Source: Myxococcota bacterium
GTDB lineage: Bacteria > Myxococcota_A > UBA796 > CAJQPC01
Direction of reading: 5' to 3'
Length of the DNA: 64,000 bases
NCBI GenBank assembly: GCA_036012755.1
Contig: DASCPX010000190.1
Location: 1 to 64,000, forward strand
Under the pieces are notes generated by a model that searched no databases, was not told where the DNA came from, and saw nothing but the letters and a program-made list of their open reading frames with translations. Numbering within the stretch: position 1 is the first letter of the stretch; each line of letters begins with the position of its first letter. Shown here in pieces: positions 48,101 through 56,747 of the stretch. Made by a program: the position numbers and the translations under genes.

Positions 48101-51073
48101 GTTCGGCCTCCCCTCCTCGTCCACGACCGTCGCGCTGATGCGGTGGTTTCCACCCTGCTCCGGCTCGAAGACGCAGGTGTCCGCCTTGTCCTTCAGCTCG
48201 AGGGTGCAGTCGACCGGGTCCTCCTCGATCTCGGCCCAGGCTCCGTCGAGATTGCCCCACCTCAGGCGGGACAGCGTCAGGGTCGCCTCGGCGGCGACCG
48301 GCTCACCGTCGATGTCGACGACGATGACCTCTGCCCGGATGGGCTCGTCCTTCTCATAGAAGGGCTTGTCGGGCTTCACTCCGACATAGAGGCTGGAGGG
48401 GTGGACCAGGAAGGTCTCCTGGCGGCTCCAGCGCTGGCGGTTGACGTCCACGACCGTGGCCTGTGCGCTGACGGTCATCGGACGAGCCGGGTTCACCGCG
48501 AGGAAGTCGATCTGCAGGTAGTGGTTGCCCGCGGCGTCCGTGCTCCCCTCGAGGGACTCCACGCTGGACTGCCCCCAGCTCCCGCCCCAGTGGTACCAGC
48601 TCCACCAGGGAGTCCAGCTCCCGAAGCGCCAGTCGCTCCAACCCTGGGGCTGGAAGCTGCCCTCGCTGGCAGAGACCGTCCAGGTGACCGGTGCGTCCGG
48701 GAGCGCGCCGCCGGAGTAGTAGGCGGCGTTGACCGAGACCACGGCGCTCTCGCCCAGCACGTAGCTCTGGGGGTCCAGGCTGGTCGTGACCTCGAACTCG
48801 GGGCGGCGGAACTCCTGCACCTGGAAGGAGTGGTAGTGACTGCCTCGGCTGGAGTTCAGCTCCAGGCTCGCGTAGCCCAGCGCGGGGGTGTCGGGCAGCT
48901 CCAGCTCGAGGTCGAAGCCACCGTGCTCGCTGAGGTCGGTCTTGCCCTTGCTCATCTCGTTGCCGTAGGCATCCCGCGCGACCCAGGTCACCTCCTCGGG
49001 TGCTCCTGCGAAGGACTGCAAGGCGCTGCCAGGCTCGATGACGAAGGGGCGCACCCAGCCCTTGACGTAGACGGTCTCGCCGGGCCGATACATCTTGCGG
49101 TCGTCGATGACGTACCAGACCAGGCTGTCGATCGGTCCGCTGTGGGTCCAGCCGCCGTACTCGTTCCACCAGTGGGGGTACTCGGGCAACAGGGCCACGT
49201 CGTCGCCGAGCTCGGCGACCAGGGCGTGGGGGCCAGTCGAGCTGTCGTAGCCCTTCAGCACCGCCACTCCGTCGGCGTCGGTCTCGCCGCTGGAGTCGCC
49301 GCCGAGGAGGCTCAGCTTCACACCGGCGAGGGGCTCGCCGCTGCCGAGGTCCGTGGCCCAGCCCATCACAGACGGCTGGTCGGCGAAGGCGGTCAGGCCG
49401 ATGTCGGTCGCCTGGACCCATGCCATGACCCGAGTGGGGTACTCCTCGCGCACGGTCGGCTCGACCCACACGAAGAGGTGGCCCTTGCCGCCCTCGAGGT
49501 AGGGGCCCAGGTCGATGGAGGTCTCGACGAGTTCGTTCTCGACGTAGTCCTCTACCTCGACGCTGCCGTCGAAGACCTTCTCCCCCGGGGGCATGCCGCG
49601 GAGGTAGCCGTCGTAGACGACGTCCCGCATCCAGTCGCTCACCGCCTCGTAGTCGGAGACCTCGACCCTGGTGACGCGCACGCGGAGCCTCTCGTAGTTC
49701 GTGCTCCAGACAGAGAACGCGGGCGGCGCCGCGGGGTCCAGCGCGAGCACGGCGGTGTTCGGGCCCTGGAGCTTCGGCCATGCGGGGCCGACCTTGAACT
49801 TGCGGGTCTGCTCCTTGGCCAGCCTCTGGCCGAAGGCGTCCGGGAGCCCCGCCTCGACCGTCACGGTGTAGGTCGTGTCCGAGACCGTCTCACCGTAGAT
49901 GGTCAGGGTGCTCCAGCTGGCCGTGACCTGCATGTGCTCGATGGCGGGCTCGACGCTGACCATGGAAGGGTCCAGCGGCTGATCGAGCTCATTGTTGAAG
50001 TACAGCCAGAAGGGGGAGTCGGGGGAGCAGTGCTTGGGTCCCTCGCTGCAGTCCTGGCTCTCGAGCTTCAGCGGGTCATAGGTGCGGAAGCCGCTGACCT
50101 GGCGCTCGGTGGTGGTGCGCGGCCCCTCCGCCGAGGGGGCCCCCTTGTCCAGGACCCAGCTGTAGTCGGTGGCTGCCTTCAGCGGCGTCATCGGGCGCAG
50201 GAGGAAGGCTCGGCCCTCCTCGAACTGGCGGTTCTCCAGGTAGGGATCTGCTGCGATCTCCTCTTGTCTGGCCTTTCGCAGGGGCACGACGGCGCCGTCA
50301 CCCTCGAGGGTGAGGTGCGAAAGCACGCCGTCGTCCACCCGCTGATCGAAGGCGACCAGGAGGACGGGGGTGAGGCCCACCTGGGAGTACTGCTGGGGGT
50401 ACCACTCGGTGACGCTCACCGGGGGCGTGGAGAAGCTGAAGGAGTCTCCGGTCTCCGGAATGGTGACCTCGTAGTCCGTGGCCATCGGGAAGCGAGGATC
50501 GGGATCGAAGACGATGGTGCGCGTACCCAGCCAGCGCCACTGGCCGTCCGGCTCGGGGCTCAGCGTCACGGGGATGGTCTGGGCGGCTTCGTCCTGGGTG
50601 GTCACGGCCACCATCGGCTGGTTGAAGGTGACGCTCATCGACGGCGCCAGGCCCACGTCACCCTCTGGCGAGGTTCGAACCACCTTCACCGGGCCGGGAT
50701 CGACCTCGACGGCTTCGAGGTCCGTGGGCGGTGGCGGCCAGCCCAACAGCTCGGTGGCGCCCGTGCGCGGAGGAGGGACCGTCTCCTCTCGTCGAGCGAA
50801 GGCGCGCCGATCGCCCTCTGGCTCTTCGAGCCGCTCGGCGCGGGCCAGCAGGGCCTCGACCTCGGCAGCTGTGAGGGCCTCCACCTCTGGTTCGGGGCCG
50901 CTCTCCATGGCTCGCGGAGCCGTCGGGCGTTCCGCCTCGGACAGCCGCATCTCCAGGCCGACGAGATCCTCTGCCGCGGGGTGGAAGTCGATCTGCGGCA
51001 CCGGCTCGGGCGTGACGATCGGGCTGTCGGGCTCGACCCTGTTCTGGCAGGAGAGAGCAACGAGAAGGAGCAT
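45128..51073 (-). CDS. bacterial alpha-2-macroglobulin family lipoprotein
   Basis: Big_5-like FNQPM, DR.MYRPGE, VQEFRRPEF, LPDSLTRYR, thioester YPYDCSEQ, AEEMYHPE.FGRS. Confidence 0.95.
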   Translation of the reverse strand: MLLLVALSCQNRVEPDSPIVTPEPVPQIDFHPAAEDLVGLEMRLSEAERPTAPRAMESGPEPEVEALTAAEVEALLARAERLEEPEGDRRAFARREETVPPPRTGATELLGWPPPPTDLEAVEVDPGPVKVVRTSPEGDVGLAPSMSVTFNQPMVAVTTQDEAAQTIPVTLSPEPDGQWRWLGTRTIVFDPDPRFPMATDYEVTIPETGDSFSFSTPPVSVTEWYPQQYSQVGLTPVLLVAFDQRVDDGVLSHLTLEGDGAVVPLRKARQEEIAADPYLENRQFEEGRAFLLRPMTPLKAATDYSWVLDKGAPSAEGPRTTTERQVSGFRTYDPLKLESQDCSEGPKHCSPDSPFWLYFNNELDQPLDPSMVSVEPAIEHMQVTASWSTLTIYGETVSDTTYTVTVEAGLPDAFGQRLAKEQTRKFKVGPAWPKLQGPNTAVLALDPAAPPAFSVWSTNYERLRVRVTRVEVSDYEAVSDWMRDVVYDGYLRGMPPGEKVFDGSVEVEDYVENELVETSIDLGPYLEGGKGHLFVWVEPTVREEYPTRVMAWVQATDIGLTAFADQPSVMGWATDLGSGEPLAGVKLSLLGGDSSGETDADGVAVLKGYDSSTGPHALVAELGDDVALLPEYPHWWNEYGGWTHSGPIDSLVWYVIDDRKMYRPGETVYVKGWVRPFVIEPGSALQSFAGAPEEVTWVARDAYGNEMSKGKTDLSEHGGFDLELELPDTPALGYASLELNSSRGSHYHSFQVQEFRRPEFEVTTSLDPQSYVLGESAVVSVNAAYYSGGALPDAPVTWTVSASEGSFQPQGWSDWRFGSWTPWWSWYHWGGSWGQSSVESLEGSTDAAGNHYLQIDFLAVNPARPMTVSAQATVVDVNRQRWSRQETFLVHPSSLYVGVKPDKPFYEKDEPIRAEVIVVDIDGEPVAAEATLTLSRLRWGNLDGAWAEIEEDPVDCTLELKDKADTCVFEPEQGGNHRISATVVDEEGRPNTTSFTVWITGGEQAPDRSVAMEEVTLVPNAEIYAPGDVAEVLVLSPFAPAHGLLTLRRDGLVETRAFSMDSASKVLEVPITEASVPNIVVEVDLVGSRERTDDEGNPMPDRSNRVAYASGMLDLKVPPLSRALSVEPVPAETHLGPGGSTTVTVQVNDSEGKPVEGAEVALIAVDEAVLALSAYQLPDPLEIFYMSRAAGVAETHLRGLVVLGDPNAVVAQPTGSAGESDDFDMLDGIGYAMEEEEIRTSSKIASPPMEPMSAAKPEKKSRSKDKASGHSQASPITVREDFSAIALFAPREQTEADGTATLTLELPDSLTRYRIMAVAADDISFGHGEATVVARKPLMLRPSPPRFLNFGDHVELPLVVQNQTDEDMVVELAVETTNIVISADNRGRRFTVPANDRREVRLPLDADAAGTARFQVVAQSGGMSDAARFTLPVWTPATSEAFATYGEIDEGAILQPVARPDDVWEQFGGLEITTSSTALSALTDAVIYLANYPYDCSEQIGSRVMAVAALRDVLEAFEAEELPSQAELESAVSRDLQRLEKRQKGNGGWSFWSDMSDEPYLTVHVTHSLVRAKEAGYPVSDSTLDAAMGYLRKIESHIPHYYSERARRNIIAYSVYVRHLDGDDDAGRARKLAKVPLSELSLEAQAWILPTLEAKGQTESVALIIRNLENKVSETAGAAHFVTSYGDTNDYVLLHSSRRTDAVVLESLIEVRPEHDLVPKVVRSLLGHRVAGRWSTTQENSFVLLAMNRYFRTYESTEPDFVARAWLGEDYAGSRQFEGYSPDRARIDIPMSELRDDDLVLQKDGEGRLYYRIGMRYAPKDLDLEPADRGFVVTRVYEPIDDEGDVTLDDDGVWHIAAGARVRVRVSMVSEGRRTYVALVDPLPAGLEAQNPELAVTGTLPEDPSAESGNWWWWGTWYQHQNLRDERAEAFTTLLYAGVYDYSYVAVATTPGEFVVPPAKAEEMYHPETFGRSGTDRVVVD

Positions 51074-51148
51074 GTCGGTGATCCTGGAGACTGGGTGCCA
51101 CGACGCGTCCGCCCCCGTTCGAAACGGGCGGCGAAGGCGGAGCTTACG

Positions 51149-52279
51149 TCAGCGCGTCAGGCGGCCGAGGATCTCCAGTGCGCGTCGAAGGTCTTCGTCC
51201 TTCGCGGCGAAGCTCAGGCGGAAGTGGGTCGTGTGCTGGGAGAAGGCACGCCCGGGGACGACCAGCAGATCCCGCTCGAGGGCGGCCCTCGTGAAGGAGA
51301 GATCGTCGCCGAAGGGGACCTCTGGAAAGATGTAGAAGGAACCCGTGGGCTTCGAGACGCGGTAGCCGGCGTCGATCAGGCCTTCGTAGAGCAGGTCTCG
51401 CTTGCGGCGATAGCGCTCCACCTGGTGGCTCATGTCCACGCCGAAGGCCTGCAGCGCTCCGTGCTGAGCGGGGGTCGAAGCGCAGGTGAAGGTGAACTGC
51501 TGAAGCACGAGCAGCTTCTCGATGAGCGCTGGGTCGCCGGCCACCCAGCCCAGGCGCCAGCCCGCCATGCCGTAGGTCTTGGACACGCCTCCGACCAGAA
51601 GAGCGTGGGCTCCCATGTGGCGCTTGATGCCGGCGTGCTCGCCCTCGTAGAGGAAGAGTCCGTAGAGCTCGTCGCTGACCACGACGATGCCTCGCTCTCT
51701 GCAGATCTCGGCCACCGCGGCGACCTCGTCGTCCCGAAAACAGACACCGGTGGGGTTGGCCGGGGAGTTCAGGATCAGGACGCGGGTGCGATCGGTGATG
51801 GCCGCCTCGATGCGCTCCGGGTGCAGCCTGAAGTCCGGGTAGAGGTCGTAGAAGGTGGGCGTCGCGCCGGTGATGTGGGCCAGGTTTCGGTAGATGACGA
51901 AGAAGGGGTCCGGCATGAGGACCTCGTCTCCGGGGCCCGTCAGCGCCAGCAGCGCCAGGGTGAGAGCGCCGCTGGCGCCGCTGGTGAGCATCACCCGATC
52001 GCCCTCGGGGAGGTCGAAGTGCTCCACGAGGTGGCGGTGGGTGGCCTCGACGAGCTCCGGGTAGCCCTGAGAGGAGCTGTAGCGCCCGCAGCCTTCGCGG
52101 ATCCCGCGGATGCTGGCTTCCCTGATGGGCTCCGGCACCTCGAAGTCGGCCTGGCCGATGGACAGGTCCACGCAGTGGGGGCGCCGGCGCCCTTCATCGA
52201 AGAGCTCACGGATGGCAGATGCCCGCAGGTTCTGCATGCGGTCAGCGAAGCGGAACTCGGGCAACTCGGAGGGGGCCAT
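51149..52279 (-). CDS. PLP-dependent class I/II aminotransferase (aspartate aminotransferase-like)
   Basis: NSPANPTG, SDELY, SKTYGMAGWRLG, FRLSFA. Confidence 0.93.
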   Translation of the reverse strand: MAPSELPEFRFADRMQNLRASAIRELFDEGRRRPHCVDLSIGQADFEVPEPIREASIRGIREGCGRYSSSQGYPELVEATHRHLVEHFDLPEGDRVMLTSGASGALTLALLALTGPGDEVLMPDPFFVIYRNLAHITGATPTFYDLYPDFRLHPERIEAAITDRTRVLILNSPANPTGVCFRDDEVAAVAEICRERGIVVVSDELYGLFLYEGEHAGIKRHMGAHALLVGGVSKTYGMAGWRLGWVAGDPALIEKLLVLQQFTFTCASTPAQHGALQAFGVDMSHQVERYRRKRDLLYEGLIDAGYRVSKPTGSFYIFPEVPFGDDLSFTRAALERDLLVVPGRAFSQHTTHFRLSFAAKDEDLRRALEILGRLTR

Positions 52280-52301
52280 GGGACGTGCTATCGAGTGAGC
52301 C

Positions 52302-52784
52302 ATGGCCGATCTACAACATCGCTTCCGGATCCTCTGCCAGATCACCCGAGCGCAGCACTTTGCGTGGCGCCAGGCGGTGGTCCGCTGCTGCCCGGACGCC
52401 GACCCCGCCAAGGTCACGGACGTCATGTGGGAGATCACCGGCGAGAGCACCGGCGCCGCCTATGCGCGGAGGCTGGATGTGGCGGAGCCCCTGTCCGCGC
52501 AGATCGCCCAGAGCATCGTGTGGTCGTCCAAGTGCATGGGCGAGGACGCCGAGGTCGAGCCCGGCGAGGGCGACGAGGCCTTCGTCCGCCACGCCGCCTG
52601 CCCATGGTTCGACTGGCACAAGCGCCTGGGCGTGCTCGAAGAGGATCGCCCCGGCTGCGACGCCTGGTTCCAGTCCACGGTCGCCGTGGTCAACCGCGAG
52701 CTGGGCACAAAGCTCCGCTGCGAGACCCTCGAGGCCCTCCCAGACGGCGACTCCTGCTGCCTGCGACGCTTCTGGGTGGAGTAG
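52302..52784 (+). CDS. ATC-hydrolase/V4R-like small protein
   Basis: CPW...CD..F...L..GDSCC pattern. Confidence 0.6.
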   Translation: MADLQHRFRILCQITRAQHFAWRQAVVRCCPDADPAKVTDVMWEITGESTGAAYARRLDVAEPLSAQIAQSIVWSSKCMGEDAEVEPGEGDEAFVRHAACPWFDWHKRLGVLEEDRPGCDAWFQSTVAVVNRELGTKLRCETLEALPDGDSCCLRRFWVE

Positions 52785-53034
52785 TGAATCGGTGAATCGG
52801 TGAATCACCGCCGGAGCCCCGAGCGGCTGCAGAAACCGGGACCCTGCCGCGCACCCTCGACCAGATGGCACACAAGCGTGCAGATTCCCCGACCCTGACG
52901 CGCACCCTCGACCAGAATGCACGGGTACCACCAACCTGCTGGTGTCACTCGAGCTCGCTCGCTTGCCGTGAGCGACGGGATGTTGCGTATCGGCCTCGGT
53001 TCTCCGGAACCCTCGGAGATGTGCAACAAGACGT
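52782..53034. repeat. intergenic repeat cluster: (TGAATCGG)x3, 2 x 51-bp unit, and one copy of the 6-kb palindromic unit
   Basis: GACCCTG(C/A)CGCGCACCCTCGACCAGA at 52840 and 52891; 52961-53034 nearly identical to 5986-6059. Confidence 0.9.
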
Positions 53035-53070
53035 GCTTCCAAGGGGTGCCCCCCTCGGAGACACCGCCCC

Positions 53071-55425
53071 CTACGAGGAGCGCAGCGCCGCGAGCACCTT
53101 CTCGGGGGTGATCGGCAGGTCGCGGATGCGCACTCCGATGGCGTCGTAGATGGCGTTGGCGATGGCCGGGGCCGTGGGGGTCAGGCCGGGCTCGCCGACA
53201 CCCTTCACGCCGTAGGGGCCGGTGGGCTCGTCGGTCTCGATGAACTCGAGCTCGATGGGGAAGTCCATCTCCACCGCGGTGGGGATCTTGTAGTCGGTGA
53301 AGTTGGGGTTCAGGATGCGGCCGCCTCGGGTCTGCACCTGCTCGTAGAGGGCGTAGCCGACCCCCTGGGCGAGGGCGCCGTAGGTCTGGCCGCGCAGGGT
53401 CTGCTGGTTGATGACCTTGCCCACGTCGGTGACCGCCACCAGCTTCAAGATGCGCACGTCGCCGGTCTCGGTGTCGACCTCGACCTCGGCGCCCTGGGTG
53501 GCGTAGGAGTAGCAGGCCGACATGTTGCCGATGCCGCGGGTCCAGTCGGGGAGCTCGCTGGGCGGGTCGTAGAAGGCCTCGACCGTGAACATCTCGCCGC
53601 CGCCGTCCCGGAAGTGGGCCGCGCGCACCAGCCGCCCGAGGTCCACCCGCAGCCAAGGCTCGGTGCGGTCCTTCAGGAACACGAAGCCGTCCCGGAGCTC
53701 GAAGGCCCCTGGCCCGATGGCTCCCCTCCAGTCGCTGGGCTCGGTGAGCTCGGTCTTGCGCAGGTTGCGCTCGACCTGGCCGGCGTAGAGCTGCTCGGCG
53801 GCCTCGAAGATCCGGGCGCGCAGCTTGTCCGCGGCCATCAGCATGGCGTTGCAGGCGGTGAAGGCCCCCCGGCTCGCGTGGGTGCCCACATCCCAGGGGC
53901 AGGTGGCCGTGTCGGTCTGGTTGATGAAGATGCGCTCCGGCGGGATGCCGACGGCGTCAGAGCCGACGATCTGCAAGCTGGAGTGCAGGCCCTGGCCCAT
54001 CTCGACCCCGCCCGAGTAGACGTAGAGGTTCCCGAAGTCGTCCAGCCGCAAGATGATGCCGCTGGCGTCGCTCTTGTAGATGCGCCCCGAGCCGCCGACG
54101 TGGATCAGCGAGGCCATGCCCACTCCACGGGCCACGCCCTGACCGCGCTTGTCCTTCCAGTCCAGCCGGCGCCTGGTCGACTCGAGACACTCCCGCAGGC
54201 CGCAGGTCGTGATCTTCAGGGCCATGGGCGTGGTCTCGCCAGGCTCGTTGCAGTTCAACAGCCGCAGCTCGGCAGCGTCGATGCCGGCGGCCTCTGCGAG
54301 CTCGTCCAGGTTGCTCTCGAGCGCCCAGGTGAGCTCCGGGTTGCCGTAGCCACGCATGGCCTGGCAGTAGGTGTTGTTCGTGTAGACCAGGTCGCAGTCG
54401 AAGTGAACGGCGGGGACGCGGTAGAGCGAGGTGGCCGGCAGCAGCATCACGCTCGGGTAGGTCGCGCCCCAGGAGGCGTAGGCCCCGTTGTCCTGCACGA
54501 CGTGCAGCTTTCGGAAGGTCAGGCGACCGTCCCCGTCACAGCCCTGCTCGATGTGCACCCGAGACGACTGCCGAGGCGAGAGGTAGGCGAACTCCTGGTC
54601 CCGGTCGTAGAGCACCTTCACCGGGCGCCCGGTCTTCCAGGCCAGCAGGATGGCGATGTACTCGTAGCAGTGGGTGTCGAGCCCGGTCCCGAAACCGCCG
54701 CCAAGGGCCGGAACGGTCACCCGCGCGTTGCGGCCGGCGAGCCCCATCTGTGCGAGCGCCGAGTTGAAGTCCTTCTGGGCCAAGAAAGGGATCTGAGTCT
54801 TCGCCCAGATCCTCAGGTTCATGGAGTCGTCGAACTCGGCGATGGCGCCCGCGGTGCCCATGCAGCTCTGCTGGATGAGCGGGGTCGAGAAGTCGCCGGA
54901 CACGGTGAACGCCGAGGCCGCCCGCGCAGCGTCGAGGTCGCCAGAGATGTGGCGGAAGGTCAGGGGCAGGCGGTTGCCGCTCAGGGGCCGGCCGCGGGGG
55001 TCGACCTCGTGGACCAGGGGGGCGTCCTCGCGCAGGGCCTCGATGGGATCGAAGACACCCGGCAGGGGCTCGTACTCGACGACGACGGCGGCGGCGGCTC
55101 GGGCGGCGATGTCGGGGTCGATGGCGGCCACCGCGGCGACCTCGTCCCGGAACTGCCGCACCTTCCCGCCCTTGAGCGCGAAGTTGTCGCGCAAGAAGCC
55201 GATGCGCACCTCTGGCGTGTTGTCTGCAGTGATGACGGCGCGGACCCCCGGGATGCGCTCGGCCGCGGAGGTGTCGATGCTCAGGATGCGCGCGTGGGCG
55301 TGCTCGCTGTGGACGACAGCCCCATAGAGCATGCCCGGACGGGACAGGTCGTGGATGTAGCGGGTCTTCCCGGTGGCCTTTGCTGCCACGTCGGGGCGAA
55401 CGCTGTCCTTGCCGAGCAGGCTCAT
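53071..55425 (-). CDS. xanthine dehydrogenase-family molybdopterin-binding subunit
   Basis: KATG..RY, LGGGFG, AMRGYG, EMGQG, GT.ASR, KGVGE. Confidence 0.93.
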   Translation of the reverse strand: MSLLGKDSVRPDVAAKATGKTRYIHDLSRPGMLYGAVVHSEHAHARILSIDTSAAERIPGVRAVITADNTPEVRIGFLRDNFALKGGKVRQFRDEVAAVAAIDPDIAARAAAAVVVEYEPLPGVFDPIEALREDAPLVHEVDPRGRPLSGNRLPLTFRHISGDLDAARAASAFTVSGDFSTPLIQQSCMGTAGAIAEFDDSMNLRIWAKTQIPFLAQKDFNSALAQMGLAGRNARVTVPALGGGFGTGLDTHCYEYIAILLAWKTGRPVKVLYDRDQEFAYLSPRQSSRVHIEQGCDGDGRLTFRKLHVVQDNGAYASWGATYPSVMLLPATSLYRVPAVHFDCDLVYTNNTYCQAMRGYGNPELTWALESNLDELAEAAGIDAAELRLLNCNEPGETTPMALKITTCGLRECLESTRRRLDWKDKRGQGVARGVGMASLIHVGGSGRIYKSDASGIILRLDDFGNLYVYSGGVEMGQGLHSSLQIVGSDAVGIPPERIFINQTDTATCPWDVGTHASRGAFTACNAMLMAADKLRARIFEAAEQLYAGQVERNLRKTELTEPSDWRGAIGPGAFELRDGFVFLKDRTEPWLRVDLGRLVRAAHFRDGGGEMFTVEAFYDPPSELPDWTRGIGNMSACYSYATQGAEVEVDTETGDVRILKLVAVTDVGKVINQQTLRGQTYGALAQGVGYALYEQVQTRGGRILNPNFTDYKIPTAVEMDFPIELEFIETDEPTGPYGVKGVGEPGLTPTAPAIANAIYDAIGVRIRDLPITPEKVLAALRSS

Positions 55426-55892
55426 GACCCACCTCGAAGCTCAGAGGCTCGCCGCACGCTCTCGACGATCTGGGCGTAGCCGGTGCAGCGGCAGAGGTTG
55501 CCCACCAGCGCCCGACGGATCTGGCGGTCTGTCGGCTCGGGCTCTCGGTCCAAGAGCGCCGTGCTCGCCATGATCATGCCCGGCGTGCAGAAGCCGCACT
55601 GGATGCCCCCCTTGTCCACGAAGGCCTGCTGCACGGCCGAGAGCTCCCCCTGGGAAGAGGCGAGCCCCTCGATGGTCGTGACCTTGCAGCCGGCCACCTC
55701 GGCGGCGGGGGTGAGACAGGCGTTCACAGCTCGGCCATCAACCAGCACGGTGCAGGCGCCGCACTCGCCCTTGCCGCAGCCTTCCTTGGTCCCGAGCTCC
55801 TGGAGCGGTCCCCTCAGCACGTCCAGCAGGAGCTCGGAGCCCCGCAGGGTGCAGGCGACCTCGAAGCCGTTGAGTTCGAAGGACAGCTCCAT
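55422..55892 (-). CDS. xanthine dehydrogenase-family [2Fe-2S] subunit
   Basis: GCGKGECGAC, QCGFCTPG, NLCRCTGY. Confidence 0.95.
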   Translation of the reverse strand: MELSFELNGFEVACTLRGSELLLDVLRGPLQELGTKEGCGKGECGACTVLVDGRAVNACLTPAAEVAGCKVTTIEGLASSQGELSAVQQAFVDKGGIQCGFCTPGMIMASTALLDREPEPTDRQIRRALVGNLCRCTGYAQIVESVRRASELRGGS

Positions 55893-56740
55893 CAGGCCTC
55901 CCGAACGAGCGAGGCCAGAGCTCGCTTCACGAAGACGCCCACGATGGCCCGCCGGTACTCGGCGCTGCCCCTGACGTCGCTGATCGGTCTCACCTCTGCC
56001 TGGGCCGCGGCGGCCGCTCGGGCGATGAGCTCTGGGCTCGCACCCTGGCCGAGCAGCAAGGCCTCCGCCTCCCGAAGGCGCATGGCGCGAGGGCCCACCG
56101 AGCCAGCCGCCAGCCGCACCTCTGCGATGACGCCCGCCTCCATCCGAAGGGTGGCGCCGAGGTTGACGATGGCCAGGTCCATCGCCACCCGGGTCTTCTT
56201 GAAAAAGACGCTGCGCTCGCCAGGTCCTGGCTCGTCCAGCTCGATGGCGACGAGGATCTCGCCCTCTGTGAGCGCGGTCCGACCTGGTCCGACGAGGAAG
56301 GCGTCGAGATCCATCGTGCGCCTTCCGCCAGGTCCGGCCAGCCGCACCCGCGCTCCCAGGCTCAGCAGGATGGGCGTCGAGTCCGCGGCTGGGGAGGCGT
56401 TGCAGAGGTTGCCTCCGAGCGTGGCGCTGTTCTGGATCTGCACCGAGCCGATCTCTCGGAGGGCATCGGCCAGCGCAGGCCAGCGGCCGACCAGCTCGGG
56501 GCTCTCCAGGAGCTCCGAGACAGGCACCGCGGCGCCGATGCGAGCGCCCTGATCCAGCTCCAGGACCCGGAGCTCGGGGACCGCGCGCAAGGAGATGAGC
56601 GCATCTGGCTCGTGGCGGTGGTCCTTCATCTGCACGAGCAGATCCGTGCCGCCAGCGATGTAGCGAGCACCGCCGAGCCGCTGGACCAGCCGCAGCGCGC
56701 CCTCGAGGCTGGAGGGGCGGTGGTAGGGGATCGGGGTCAC
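55892..56740 (-). CDS. xanthine dehydrogenase-family FAD-binding subunit
   Basis: AGGTDL, IQNSATLGGN..NASPAAD, PISDVRGSAEYR. Confidence 0.93.
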   Translation of the reverse strand: MTPIPYHRPSSLEGALRLVQRLGGARYIAGGTDLLVQMKDHRHEPDALISLRAVPELRVLELDQGARIGAAVPVSELLESPELVGRWPALADALREIGSVQIQNSATLGGNLCNASPAADSTPILLSLGARVRLAGPGGRRTMDLDAFLVGPGRTALTEGEILVAIELDEPGPGERSVFFKKTRVAMDLAIVNLGATLRMEAGVIAEVRLAAGSVGPRAMRLREAEALLLGQGASPELIARAAAAAQAEVRPISDVRGSAEYRRAIVGVFVKRALASLVREA

Positions 56741-56747
56741 GGAGGCC

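Noticed and set aside
51109..51133. Hairpin between aminotransferase and A2M as intrinsic terminator
   Set aside because: Imperfect stem and no U-tract on either strand
47015..52795. 1926-aa plus-strand ORF and other long overlapping ORFs
   Set aside because: Antisense shadows of recognisable genes, expected at this GC content
53071..56740. Aerobic CO dehydrogenase or 4-hydroxybenzoyl-CoA reductase
   Set aside because: Active-site loop is AMRGYG, not the form I CODH AYxCSFR, and the FAD subunit lacks the Cys-rich [4Fe-4S] insert of HcrB
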